This document shows, one piece after another, positions 1-13,469 of a stretch of 64,000 nucleotides of DNA. Every line of letters starts with the position of its first letter. The stretch's first letter is position 1. The translations under genes and the position numbers were made by a program. This stretch comes from Phyllobates terribilis (Eukaryota). The stretch lies in the NCBI RefSeq assembly GCF_046119375.1, contig NW_027362764.1:134478001-134542000 (forward strand). The letters are read 5' to 3'. Below the pieces are notes generated by a model. The model made no database searches. It was given only the letters and a program-made list of their open reading frames with translations, and was not told the origin of the DNA.

Positions 1-1385
1 AATCAATAAAGTTTTCTCAAAGCCAAATATCAGGATGTATTAAAAACAAAAGCAGCTTAATTTAAAACATGACATACAGAAAAGAGACAAAAAAACGCAG
101 TGCCAAAACCAAAATAAAAAAAGCACGTAAAAAATACATTATTTTACTGTATTTTTACGTGCGGCTCTATCATGTTTTTGAAGCTGCAGTTTTTGTCGTT
201 TTTTGGTGTGTCATGTTTTAAGTAAAACTTTTTTGTTTTTGATACTTCCTGATAGTTGGCTTTGACAAAACTTTATTGATATTGTCCTGTGTGGATTACA
301 TGCATTTTTAGTGCATTTCCACAGCATAAATGCACTAAAAACACATATGATTTCTTTTTTTCTGCAGATATTCCGCATCTAATGCAATGCTATGGGGAAC
401 GTCCACATATAAAATGCAGCATACCGGCGAGAGAAATTGACATGTAGATTTCAAACATGCACCTCAAACCATATACGCAGATTAAAAAAAAAGCACAGTG
501 GGTAGGAGATTTCTATAAATCCCATCCACTTTGCTGGAACTGTAAGATGCTGCGTTTTTTGCACAACGAAAATACACAGCGACAATAACTCACCAAAAAC
601 TCATGGTGAGAATATTAGATGAATTAGTCACCCGGTTTATGCTGCCACATCTAGAGGCAACATTCAGGATTTCAGGATTTAATATATCTTTAGGACCCAG
701 TTTTATTTTATTTTTTCCTGCCAACCATCCTTTTTCCTGAAGATAAAATGATTGATAAAATGACCGTTCCGACTAGTCCTCAGCATTTATCTTGTTTAGC
801 AATTAATCAGCCAGGACTACGTATTGACACTTCATACTATCTAACACATTTTTTGCAGGTGTATCCAATGAAATGTTGGCAAATATTTGCCGTTCAGGTG
901 TGAGACATAATCTAGGTTTCACTCTGTTCTTTTCTTCCCCTGGCAGAGCGTGGGAATAAGTACAATAAAGCGTTTGGCCAAGCTGGAGCTGGCAGTGATT
1001 TCTTCAGCATACTATATGTGTGATCCCACGATTGTGTGTGATTGAATCTTAAAAAAGATGATTCCCTAGTTTCCACCATTTAGGAATCTATTCTACCAGC
1101 ATATTTTGGTGTTCTGAAGAAGTTTACAACTAAAGTCATAGCAGCCATAGGAGATGCAGTGGGCTCTGGAGGATGAGGAGCCAAGTCAGGTGAAGGACCA
1201 CCAGCCCAATAGAAGATAAAAATAATGCGTGGCATTTATGGGTGACTCTTTGTGTAGAAGATTTTTTATGTGACCTGACTATCCATCCCTTGCTTGTTGC
1301 TGTGTACTGTCAGCCAAGTGTTGGGGAACCATCCTGGACCTCACTGTGGGTCTCCTAGAATTCTAGCTAGGGTCCCTTGTTGTAA

Positions 1386-1722
1386 GGCTGTGTGCCCACG
1401 TAGCATTTTTCAAGCGTATATGCTGCGGAATTTCAATGGGATTCCGCAAGTTCTATGCACATGCTGCGGATTTTTCCGCAGCGTTTATGCCGCGTTCAAA
1501 AATCCTCAGCATGTCATTTAATTTTGCGTTTCCGCAAGCGGAATTGCCTTTGTCCAATGCATAAAAAACGCAAGGCAATTCCGCATGTGGAAAAAGCATG
1601 ATAAACGCGCGAAAAATGCGCGATAAACGCGTGCGGAATTCCGCATGCGTTTTTCCGGGAGAGGACTTGCATTTATGCAGCAGAAATTTTCTGCTTCATA
1701 AATGCAACGTGGGCACATAGCC
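1386..1722. mobile_element. PIF/Harbinger-like MITE
   Basis: TIRs GGCTGTGTGCCCACGT / ACGTGGGCACATAGCC, TAA on both flanks (3-bp TSD), internal GCGGAAT/ATTCCGC repeats. Confidence 0.8.
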
Positions 1723-2048
1723 TAAGACTGAGGCTACACCCCATCTTTTTGTAACACATGAATCACATTTTATAGGACGTCAAAGGGTTTCACAATATAA
1801 GCATTTCAACCCACAGCATATTGTATAATGATTGGGCATTCAGAACATTGGAGTTGCTCAGCTAGCCCCTTCTTTTTTTATCTATTCTTGGTCCATCAGG
1901 AACAACAGGGGTTAATGCACAAAAAGGAGATTGTGTGATAGTAAACAACCATTTTCAATATCTTTGCTTTGCAAGTAAAAGGGTTTTACCGCTAGAGTAA
2001 CTTGAAGCTTTTTGGACTTAAAGGGCCATGTTTGAGATTTTGCATTAA

Positions 2049-4403
2049 AGGGACTCTGTCAGTGCAGAATTACTGTGCAAACCAAGTACAGGCACTCGGT
2101 GCACTAAGGCGTGGCCAAATGTTTAAGTGCATCTTCCCACCTGCTTGTTTTCCCTCAATCTCTGCCCCCCTCCTTCTTTGATTGACAACTCTGGCTTCTT
2201 ATAGTCAAAGATGGGCAGAGAAAGATGTAAAACAAATTGGTGGGAAGGTGCACTTAAACGATTGGGTCTGCCATAGGAATGTGGACTGTCTTACCCTGTT
2301 CCTGCCCCTGAAGACAACAATCACATTGTGTGAATAATGTCATGCAGTTTTACATGTAATAGTGATGTGGGTCTTATATAATGTGTTACGGTAATGTGCA
2401 GCATATAAATGTGTTATATAGCATGTAAAGTGTTAATGTATAATGTGAGTAGTTTATAGTGCATGTGACGCGCCCCTGGGCCTGTGTCGCGCTGCGTTGC
2501 GCATGCGGGAGCTTACCCGGAGCCGGATCTCTTGAGGGTTGTAGTCTCGTGGCGGTGATCCGGTCCATGCCCAGGGAGTCAGACTAAGTGGCGCTGTATT
2601 AGCGGTAGATGTTGGACGACTACGCCACCCGTTGAGTACAGCTAAGGAGCTGCTGCTGCAGGGCAGACCACTGAGGCCGGTGGTAGGATTGTGCAGCGTG
2701 ATAGTATAACCCCCAACGGGAGGGGTATGGCCTCAGGGCAGCCGACGTGGATGATGGGGGTAGCAGGAACCACTCAGAGACGGTACGGTGTAGTTCAGGG
2801 TCTTTACTGGTGACAACGATAGACCCTCCCGGAGTACTGGCTAGCGATTGGGGCCTGGTCAGTCCTTGAGCAAATGGGATCTCCCCTGGCCAGGCGGAGT
2901 TGTAGGCCTCCCAAAACTAACGATACTCTTCTGGCTACCTTGCTAGAAGCGGGTATAAGTAGCCCACGTCCCTGAGTGTACCGTGTGGTGCTCACCCGTA
3001 TGACCGGTGACTCGGGGCCTTCTAGTAGCTTCCGCTCCACGACGGCGGTGCTGGTCCCACGCGTGTGACCGTGCCTTCGGGTTTCTGGGCCAGAGGACCT
3101 GAAATCCCCTGCCTGACGGATTCTGCTGCTGGGTAGGAGTTAGTCCCCACAGCCTCGGACTCCGGGTCCGGTAAGAAATCTTCTCAGTCAGGGCGAGCTC
3201 TGCAGCTGCCAGCCCCTGACTCCTTGTAACACTGCTCCCACAGAGCTCCTGTTGGTTCTTCCCATAGCTGCTTCTCTTCTCTGTCTCTACTTCTGGCATG
3301 GCCCAGGAGCTGGGCCCAGCCGGGGCCACAGCTCCCTGTCAGCCCTCCTGGCTGAACTCTCCCTCTGAACTTCCTAACCCTGCCTCAGCCCCAGGTTTAT
3401 ATAGGGGACGTTCTTCCCCTCCCAGGACTGGGCAGGAGGTGTGGCATGCATAGGATTCCTGACCAAGAGACCTCCCACCTGCTCTCAGACATAACATTGC
3501 TGTTACTGTGGAAACCAGACCCCTGGGGTGCCACACATGGTAAGCATAGGATTAGCTTTAGGATAGCATAAGTACGGTTTATATAGTAAGTGGTTTAGCA
3601 ACAGTATAGGACATAGGATAAGAACAATAGGTTTAGTCTGTAGGAGAGGAAATAGTTAATGATAGCACTAGACCAGTGGGTGGGAACTAGTGTTAATAAA
3701 GGGGGGCACTTCCTGCTAGTTTGTGGTTAGAGAAGTACAGTGTCAAGGTCAAGTTCAGGTGCAGTGGGCTGCTAGGGGCAGCATGGGCCAATCGTTTGAG
3801 GCAGTTGGAGGCCATACTGATATCCCTGATGAACATTCCTGTAACGTCTGAAGCCTAGGGCTCGGGACAGGTACCAAGCAGCGGGCCTGGTCTTCTGACA
3901 TCTCGAGGTCAGTTGACGTGGAATTATGTGGGGGGCAGGTGGTCAGTCCTGGGTGCACTGCTGATGTGGACAGGAAATCCCTGAGGCTGATGGAGTCAGC
4001 GGGATTAGGGGTAGTCCAGGACAAATGAGTAACAGGGCTGAAGAGGTACTATACTAAGGAAGGAACAAATATGAAATGTTGTGCTCTATCCCACATCACC
4101 ACCTGATGCACTTGAATTGACTAGTAAACGTTTGCCTGTTGTAAAGAGCTAGGTGTCCCCTGAATTGTGTGGGGTGGTTCCTGAGGATGGAAGCCTAGAG
4201 GCAGCGGAGGCCTGTGGCCTACAAGTGAGTGTGATGCACCGCATACCCGACAGCACACTGGGACTGGGACACTGTTTGTCTGGAAAGTGCTAGAGTGAAA
4301 CCGGACAGCAGCTCGGTCATGACTACCGCTCTGCTGCACTTTACACTGCCATGATGCACCGACCGCATGTACTTGGTTTGAACTTTCTTTCTGTGCTGAC
4401 AGA
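2049..4403. mobile_element. T2/Kolobok-like MITE split by ~2 kb of younger insertions
   Basis: TTAA+AGGGACTCTGTCAG...CAAACCAAGTACAGGCACTCGGTGCA at left; inverse arm TGCACCGACCGCATGTACTTGGTTTGAAC...CTGACAG at ~4355-4403. Confidence 0.6.
2466..3535 (-). mobile_element. Solo LTR, family X
   Basis: Reverse strand TGTGGCACCCC...GGGGCGCGTCA; TSD CATG at 2462-2465 and 3536-3539. Confidence 0.9.
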
Positions 4404-5969
4404 ATGGAATGTCCTATGGATGCGCCATTTCTGGGGCGGCTGACGGCTGGTGTTTCTAGCCTGGGAGGGGGCCAATATTCATGGCACCCTTCCTGGGCTA
4501 TTAATATCAGCCCCCAGCTGTCTGCCTAGCCTTTGTTAGCTATTAAAATAGGGGGGACCCCACGTCATTTTTTTTTTGCTTCCCCCATTTTAATAGTTAG
4601 CAAAGGCAAGGTATTCAGCTGGGGGCTGATATTAGTAGCCTGGGAAGCTCCATGGGTATTATCCCCTTCCCAGGCTTCAAACATCTGCCCCAGCCGTCTG
4701 CTTAACCTCCGCTAGAGACTAAAATTATCGGGAACCCCACGCCAATTTTTTTTTAAATAAATCCTTTATTTTAACACTAAATGACAAGTACAGTAACCAA
4801 CACTGTCACTGTACTTATTATATATGTGACTGACATGTTTCTATTAGTGTTGAGCGAGCATGCTCGACACTGCTCGGTACTCGCCCGAGCATCTCACTAC
4901 TTGGGATGCTCGGTGAGCACCGAGCATTTTCGGTTTACTCGGGTGGGAGCTCGGGTCTCCGCCCTGCATCTTTGGCGCTCTTTACAGAGCCAATGAACAT
5001 GCAGGCATTGCCAGCCAGTCACTGTAATGCCGCAGCCATGTTGGTTGTGGGCATTACAGTGATTGGCTGGCCGCACAGCGTCACCTCGAGTATTTAAAAC
5101 CGGGTACCGCCATCTTGGACACAGTCGCTCCGGATCAGACAGTGTAGGGAGAGTGCTGCTGAGCTAGGGACAGATTTATAATGCGAAATAGGTAGTGCAG
5201 GGTCTCTAAGGCCTGCAAAATCAAACAAACAGTCCTTCTAATATCCATCCCATATAGACAAGGACTTGCACGGGGATAGTTGCAAGTCTGCATCTTCTGA
5301 TGTGGCAAGGATCACTTGATCACTTGTGATGGGCACACTTTTAGGCAGTGACCTGGGTGTCAGAGATGCTTCCAGGGGTCTTCCCCACGCTGTTCCCATG
5401 TCTTTTCAGCACTGTATGCATGTGTCACACAGCACATGGCCAGATAAGGTTGTAAAATGTTAAAATGACATTTCCCGGGGAATGCACTTGTCACGGGTTG
5501 AAAGCAATACAAAAGTGCAAAAATGCATAAAAAATGCTACTTGTGAACATAGCCCAAGGTGTTGAGGAGTATTTTTGTTTTTGGTTATTTATTTTACCTT
5601 ATACACAAGTCTTTACCCTGGAAAGGAAGTTCCTTAACATATTTCACAGGAAAACAGTTTCAGTTTCGTTTTTGAATGTTTTATTGTGGGCCCGTAAAAG
5701 TGTCTTAATACCTCTGACCACGTTGTTGACCTCAGTGACCTGGGGGTCAGAAATGCTTCCTGGGGCGATCCCCATGTCATTTGAGCACTGTCACTATCGT
5801 TTTGGGCACTTTTAGGCTTTCTACAGACTGCCGGGGGTGCCACCGCAAAAATGCTCGGGTCTCCCATAGACTAACATTGGGCTCGTTGCTCGGGTCGAGC
5901 ACCCGAGTATCACGGTGAGCTCGGCCCGAGCTTTGAGCACCCGAGCATTTTAGTGCTTGCTCAACACTA

Positions 5970-6736
5970 CTGGCAACGTCCCTCGTGTTGGTGTTACGGG
6001 GAACGGTTGCCCGCCTTCTGTCTGCGTCCACCACACTGCTTCTTCCTTCCTGTTGGGGTACTCTGCCTCCCTCCTCCTGTGTGCTGCTGGCCTCTCTCTG
6101 CGTGTCCTCCTGCCACGTTGGGTCAGTTACTAGATCATCCACCACCTCCTCCTCTTCCACTTCCGCACCACGGTCCTCCTCCTCACTTCGTGGCAATTGT
6201 GTCTCGTCATCGTTCACCTCTTGTGACAAATTGCCAGCATCGCCTTCCGGTGGCCGTGGCTGTTCAAATATTTGGCCATCGCTACATGGGATCTCCTCTT
6301 CCACCACTTCAAGCGGAGCAGGCGAGGGGCCCAAATATGGAAATGGACCAGTGAACAGCTCTTCAGAGTGTCCAACTGGGGGATCAGTTGCTGTCTGACG
6401 ACACTCGGCATGGTGGAAGGAAGGAGCATCAGGGTGAGGAGGAGTATGCGGTCAAGACTCACGGCTACTAAGACTTGACCGTGCGGAAGACAGACCGAAG
6501 GTGGTGGTGCCCAGGTGACTGGAAGTATTATCTGCTATCCAATTAATAACCTGTTCACACTGATCAGTTGGCAATAGTGGTGTTGTGTGCTTCCCTAGTA
6601 ATTCGGTCAAGAACTGGAAGCGAGAAGATGTGGCTGTTGGCTGTGGCACATTTTCACCTTGGCCACGGCACCGTCCTCTGCACGCACCATCACCAGAACG
6701 TCCAGTTCTACGTCCCTTGCCACGCGCCTTGGCCAT
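5970..6736 (-). pseudogene. N-terminal fragment of a hAT transposase
   Basis: Basic MAKARGKGRR start and acidic EEEEVVDDLVTDPTW segment resemble the N-terminus of the intact transposase (DDDEVGDPTY); broken frames; truncated at the 5969 terminus. Confidence 0.6.
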
Positions 6737-6789
6737 TGTAAATGAAGTAAAATAGCTTACACTCGCACTATCAATGGCAAAAGGGTAAT

Positions 6790-9085
6790 AGAAAGGAGAT
6801 TAGAACCGAGGAAGAGGAAAACCACAGTTCTAGTTCTCTGGCCTACACCAGAATCTTTTAAACAGATATATTTGTGTCTGAACAATCAGCGAGACACTCA
6901 AACTGTTTTTTTTTATGTAAAAAAGGGCAAAAAGGTGGATTACACCCAGATTTGAACCGTGGAAGAGGAAAACCACAGTTCTAGTTCTCTGGCCTACACC
7001 AGAATCTTTTAAACAGATATATTTGTGTCTGAACAGTCAGTGAGACACTCAAACTGTTTTTTTTATGTAAAAAAGGCAAAAAGGTGGATTACACCCAGAT
7101 TTGAACCATGGAAGAGGAAAACCACAGTTCTAGTTCTCTCGCCTACACCAGACTCTTTTAACCCTTTTCCAACCCATGACGTCTTAGTACGCACATTTGC
7201 GTACCCCCCATTCAGTGAGGGCTGCTGCGATGAGCCCTCACTGAACCGAGCACATGTCAGCTGATTCTTACAGCTGACATGTGCCCGCAACAGCCGCGGT
7301 TGGAATCGCGATCCACTCGCGGCTGTTAACATGTTAAATGCCGCTGTCAATCTCCGACAGCGGCATTTAACGCGCGCTTCCGGGTTGCGCGTCATAAGCC
7401 CCGCCCATCGGCGACCCCGTCACGTGATCGCGGGTCACCGATGGGTGGGCATGACAACCCAGGGTCTGCAGCAGACGCCTGTGGTTGTCATGATCTGGTC
7501 GCTATGAGCGCCACCTAGTGGTCGGCGCTCATATCACAGGACCATTTCTGCTGCATGCAGGGGATCTGCTCGTCCCCTGTATGTAGCAGAGACGATCAGA
7601 CAACTGCTGCTTCTAGTCTCCTAAGGAGACTATTGAAGCATGCAGTAAGTGAAAAAAAAATAAAATTTTTAAATATAAAAAAAATTAAAAAATATAAAAG
7701 TTTAAATCACCCCCCTTTCACCCCATTCAAAATAAAATATATATATATAAAAAAAACCTACATAGACATATATGGTATCGCCGCGTTCAGAATCGCCCCA
7801 TCTATCAATATAAAAAAAGAATTAATCCGATCGGTAAACGGTGTAACGAGAAAAAAATTCTACACGCCAGAATTACGTTTTTTGGTCGCCGCAAAATTGC
7901 AATAAAATGCAATAACGGGCGATCAAAACATCGGATCTACCCCAAAATATTATCAATAAAAACGTCAGCCAGGCGCGCAAAAAATAAGCCCTCACCTAGC
8001 CCCAGATCACGAAAAATGGAGACGATACAGGTCTCGGAAAATGGTGCTATTTTTTTTTACCAAATTTTGGAATTTTTTTTCACCACTTAAATATAAAAGA
8101 ACCTATACATGTTTGGTGTCTACAAACTCGTAATGACCTGGAGAATAAGAATGGCAGGTCAGTTTTAGCATTCAGTGAACGTGGTAAAAAAAATAAATAA
8201 AAAACAACTGTTGTATTGCATTTTTTTTGCAATTTTACAGCACTTGGAATTTTTTCCCCGTTTTACCGTACACGATATGGTAAAACTAGTAAAGGCGTTG
8301 AAAAGTTCAACTCGTCCCGCAAAAAATAAGCCCTCACACGGCCATATTGACCAAAAAATAAAAACGCTATGGCTCTGGGAACAAGGGGAGCAAAAAACGA
8401 AAAAGCAAAAACGACAAAACCCAAGGTTGCGAAGGGGTTAAACAGATATATTTGTGTCTGAACAGTCAGCGAGACATTCAAACTGTTTTTTTTTTATGTA
8501 AAAAAGGCAAAAAAGTGGATTACACCCAGATTTGAACCGTGGAAGAGGAAAACCACAGTTCTAGTTCTCTGGCCTACACCAGAATCTTTTAAACAGATAT
8601 ATTTGTGTCTGAACAGTCAGCGAGACGCTCAAACTGTTTTTTTTTTATGGAAAAAAGGCAAAAAGGTGGATAACACCCAGATTTGAACCGTGGAAGAGGT
8701 AAACCACAGTTCTAATTTCCTTGCGTCTACCAGACTTTTTTAAATAGATATATTTGTGTCTGAACAGTCACCGAGACACTCAAACTGTTTTTTTTTATTG
8801 AAAAAAGGCAAAAAGTTGGATAACACCCAGATTTGAACCGTGGAAGAGGAAAACTACAGTTCTAATTTCCTGGGGTATACCAGACTTTTTTAAATAGATA
8901 TATTTGTGTCTGAGCAGTCAGCGAGACACTCAAACTGTTTTTTTTTTTTATGGAAAAAAGGCAAAAAAGTGGATAGTACAGAGATTTGAACCGTGGAACT
9001 GCAAAACCACAGTTCTAGTTATCTGGCCAAAACCAGACTCTTTTAAACAGATATATTTGTGTCTGAACACTCACAGACACACTCA
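6790..9085. repeat. ~151-bp tandem repeat inside the defective hAT (about 2.4 + 4.3 copies)
   Basis: GTCTGA unit starts at 6876, 7027, then 8456, 8607, 8758, 8908, 9061. Confidence 0.85.
7162..8437. mobile_element. Non-autonomous piggyBac-like element
   Basis: TTAA|CCCTT...AAGGGG|TTAA, inserted at the TTAA of a 151-bp unit; no transposase ORF. Confidence 0.75.
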
Positions 9086-10409
9086 ATTTTTTTTTGGGGG
9101 GGGGGGGGGATACCAAAAGGTTAATAAGACGGGTATTTGTACAGTCTGACTGAGGACAAAAAAAAAAGAGGATTTAGATGAAAAAAAAGGATTTTTCCTG
9201 GCCCCTGAGACCTGGGGCTAAGTCTAGCAGCCGCAGCAGCACACAGGACTGTAATGCAGTTTTTGTTGGTATAACCACTGTGTCTCCTATACAGCCTGCC
9301 TTCCTGATATCTGAGATGGATACTAGTCCTCAGAAGGACTGTTTGTTTGATTTTGCAGGCTTTAGAGACCCTACACTACCTATTTTGCAGTATAAATCTC
9401 TCCCTAGCTCAGCAGCACTCTCCCTACACTGTCTGATCCGGAGCGACTGTGTCCAAGATGGCGGAGCCCGGTTTTAAATACTCGAGGTGACGCTGTGCGG
9501 CCAGCCAATCACTGTAATGCCCACAACCAACATGGCTGCGGCATTACAGTGACTGGCTGGCAATCCCTGCATGTTCATTGGCTCTGTAAAGAGCGCCAAA
9601 CATGCAGGGCGAAGACCCGAGCTCCCGCCCGAGTAACCCGAAAATGCTCGGTGCTGGCCGAGCATCCCGAGTAGTGAGATGCTCTGGCGAATACCGAGCA
9701 GTGTCGAGCATGCTCGCTCAAAACTAGTCGTTAATAGAATTCGTCTTATCAAAGGTACATTTTGGACTTCAGGTACATTTGCACCCCTACACCAATTCTA
9801 ATTATATTCCTGGAATTTATAAAAAATGGGGCCCTCCACTGATTATAAAAGAGTTGGATCTGAGGCCCTCTGTCTTCCTTGGCTCTGAATTCACCAGCAG
9901 TTGACAATGTTGGCTGCCACTTCATTCAAAGTTTATGGGGTTGATGAAAACAGTTCTGATGTTCGATGGGGGTTCAGGGATGGAGCCCCAAGTGAGCAGA
10001 CATTAACTACCTATCCTGTAGGCTAATGAGTAAATATAGGGTTACATTTTAAAGTGAAGCTCAATGGTCAATAGCTTAAAGGGGTTGTCCAATATAATAA
10101 AAACATGGCTGCGTTCCTCTAAAAACAGTGCCACTGCTATCCACAGGTTGTATTTGTGATTGTGCATTACTCCTATTTAGTTCAGTGTAGTTAAAATGCA
10201 ATACCAAACACAATCTGTGGGAGGGAGTGGCGCTGTTCCTAAATTAAAGCAGCTACGTCTTTCTCATCCTGTACAGTTACCTAGTATTATCATAATCACT
10301 ATCATTAAGTGACTGGAATGAGCCCCAAGCAAACCTAGGAAAATTAGAGTTTCCTGCTGATGCCCTGCAGATCACAGACAATTACATGGCCATGAGATGT
10401 CGGGATTAC

Positions 10410-10532
10410 CAAATGCTGCAAGCAAGGAAAAACGCTGACTGCCCTATAGTATTAGCCTCATGGTATTGTAGATCAGATAAGAAGCTCCTACATACACAAT
10501 CCAAGCGGATCACTGCAAAGTCACTGAATACT
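10410..10532 (-). CDS. Candidate host-gene exon (123 nt, phase 2-2), product unknown
   Basis: TATATAACAG acceptor, TTG|GTAATC donor, one open frame VFSDFAVIRLDCVCRSFLSDLQYHEANTIGQSAFFLACSI, non-repeat context. Confidence 0.35.
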
Positions 10533-10583
10533 CTGTTATATAGAACAATCTAGTCATCAAAGATTACTTCTCGCTTTTACAAG

Positions 10584-11427
10584 ATTATGTGCCCACGATG
10601 CAGAAATGAAGCAGAAAATTTCTGCAGCATTTCTGCATCTCCCTGGCAGAAAAAACGCATGCAGATTGTACATGCGTTTTTCCTGCAGAATACATGCGGA
10701 ATACATGCGGATTCACATGCGTACCCACATGCGTTAACGCACGTGTTTCCGCATGCGGACTGACAAGCACTTTCCAGGCGATAGCATCACTTGGAAAGTG
10801 CTTGACAACTAGGTCACACTATATAAATCCATGCAAACAGCATGGATTTATATAGTGTGACCGTAAAAATAAAAAAATAAAGCTATACTTACCCCCGATC
10901 CCCCGCCGCGTGTGCTGTCGCACTCGTCCTGGCTTCTTCCGGGTTGCCGGCATCTCGCGAGACAGCCTGCGGTCACATGACCGCGACATCATCTCAGGTC
11001 CTGAAAGGTAAGCGCTGCAGGGGCCGCCGGACAGGTGAATATAAACTTTATTTATTATTTTATTCTTTTTTTTTACAGGTACAATGGTACCCAGGTCTGG
11101 ATGAGAGTCTCCTCTCCTCCAGAACTGGGTACCATCCGCACATAGAGACGCATAAAATCCGCTTGTACAAATGTACAGACACGGATTCTATGCGTCTCAA
11201 TGCAAGTCAATGGCGGAGCTTCCGCTGCGCTTCCGCAAAATTAATGAACATGCTGCGGATTTATTTGCGCTGCAGAAACACTGCGGAAAAATCCGCAGCA
11301 TGTGCATTGACATTGCGGAATGCCATTGGGGACCATGGGGTGCGGATTACCATGCATTTTTGATGCGTTTCTGCTGCGGAAATTCCGCAGCATAAACGCA
11401 TGAAAAACGCATCATGTGCACGCAGCC
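10584..11427. mobile_element. PIF/Harbinger-like MITE, same family as 30052-30945
   Basis: Degenerate TIRs (..TATGTGCCCACGATGCAG / ATGTGCACGCAGCC); strong similarity to the 30-kb copy. Confidence 0.7.
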
Positions 11428-11683
11428 TATAGGACATCAGGTGAAATTAAAAGGGCAGGATTAGCTTTTGATGATGAATTAGTACAATCCCAAATAAATC
11501 AAAATTTCAAGTGCCAAAGAAAAATAAACACCTTTTGTGCCATAATCATAAACAGAATTGATGATATTTAATAATATATGCAGAAAGTTAATAAAATATA
11601 GATTGCCACCATTTTTGGGAGAAAATCAAGAAATGTGATAGCATGAAATCATCACCATAGAGTGATGCTCTCGCCACCTACTG

Positions 11684-12455
11684 TTGCTTCCAACTCAAAA
11701 ATATTTCCAGAATCCGTCCTTTCTTCACTCTACTAAAATGTTAGTGTATGCCCTCAACATCTCCTGCCTTGACTACTGCAATATCCTCCTCTGTGGCCTT
11801 CCTGCTAACACTCTTGGACCTCTCCTGTCCGTCATTAACTCTGCAGCCCGACTAATCAACCTCTCTCCTCGGTATTCCTCCACTTGTCCCCTCTGCAAAT
11901 CCCTTCACTGGCTCCCAATTCCCCATCACATCCAGTTCATACTACTAACACTGACCTCTACATCCATCCATAATCTGTCTCCTCCCTGTGTCTCTGAGCT
12001 AATCTCCCCATATCTTCCAACACGTAACCTCCGGTCCTCGCAAGACCTCCTTCTCTCCTCCACACTTATTAGTTCCTCATCCAATTGCCTCCAAAACTAC
12101 TCCCAAATGTCCCCCGTCCTCTGGAATTCTGTGCCTCAACACGTTCGATTATCCACCACATTGTGAACTTTCAGTCGGAACTTGAAAACCCATCTCTTCA
12201 AGAAAGCTTACAACCTGCCATGACCACACTGCCACCTCACCACCACCGGAGCTGCCACAACCCCCCAACTTACTGTCTCCTTCCCCATTATCCTGTAGAA
12301 TGTAAGGCCGCAAGAGCAGGGTCCTCTTCCCTCAGTACCAGTCTATCATTGTTAGTTTGTTCACCATATTTTATATTTGTATTCTGTATGTAACCCCTTT
12401 TTTATGTACAGCACCATGGAATCAATAGTGCTCTAAAAAGAAATAATAATAATAA
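11684..12455 (+). mobile_element. L2-type LINE 3' fragment
   Basis: ORF with SCLDYCN...NSAARL...LHWLP C-terminal motifs and (AAT)n tail. Confidence 0.8.
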
Positions 12456-13469
12456 TGTGGCGCCCCTGAGGGTTCGGTCGCCACAGAGATATTGCATCTC
12501 ACCCAGAGGTGTGGTATCTCACTCTCAGGTAAGGAAGGAGTATGGCTCAGGACTAGAGATGAGCGTTGTTCTACTCGAACTGTTCGCCAATCTCAAATTC
12601 GAGCTGTTTTGGGCGGTGTTCGAGCCGTTCGGCGAGCACGAACAATTTGAGAAAAATTCGGCTGTTCGAGGTTATGTTCGATAACTGTTCGTGCACCAAA
12701 ATCATAACTGGATTTTTTCTCAGTAATGATGAAAATTAATGTTAATACGCAGTTTGAGTGTACAGCGGGGTGGGGGGAGGGGCAGGGGATGGATCTCTGC
12801 AGGAACAATGAAGATCTCCATTTTTTTTTCTCTTTCCCACATTTACAGTGGGGAGGTGCAATCTGTCAGCCTATCAACAGCGCACACACGGAGCGAAGTG
12901 CTTTTTTTCACACAAGCAAGGGCATGTGTCATTGGCAGTGTATGTCACATGTCCTTGCCCTATAAGACCAAGCCATTTTCCCCGTCGCCACCATTTTCTC
13001 ACTGCTGCAGCTGCGTGTTAGACGGCACCGCTGTTGCTGTGTGCGCTATACCTTGTTAATTTCAAGCCAATTTTCGCACAAATATACAGATAGCTTGGGA
13101 GTAGGGAATAGTTGTGATTGCAGTCCTTTTAAGGACTAGGTTACAGCATTTCCTACGACTTTTATCAGGGAGGTCTGTGCTCTTAAATAGATAGGTTGTG
13201 GGAGTAAAGACTAATTGTAATTGGAGTCCTTTTCAGGACTAGGTTACATGAGTTCCTATCAGTTTTTGCCAGGCAGGTCTGTGCCAGTGCTGTGCAAGTT
13301 TTTTCACAGCATTTGGCTGAATCTAGCAAAGCTAATCCTTTTTGGCCTATTGCAGAGTGTGTTAGTCAGTGGAGTAGCCTATCTGTGTTGCAAGATATAC
13401 CACCTGTGTATAGAATACCAATTTTTTTACTGCACCTAGTGAAGTAAAATCTTTTGGGCATAGCATCAT

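Larger units (their letters stand above)
4845..9726 (-). mobile_element. Defective hAT complex with ~400-bp inverted ends
   Basis: TAGTGTTGAGCGAGCATGCTCGACACTGCTCGG at 4845 mirrored at 9726; inverted identity extends to ~5240/9330; additional GCTCAACACTA terminus at 5959-5969; no matching 8-bp TSD. Confidence 0.7.
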
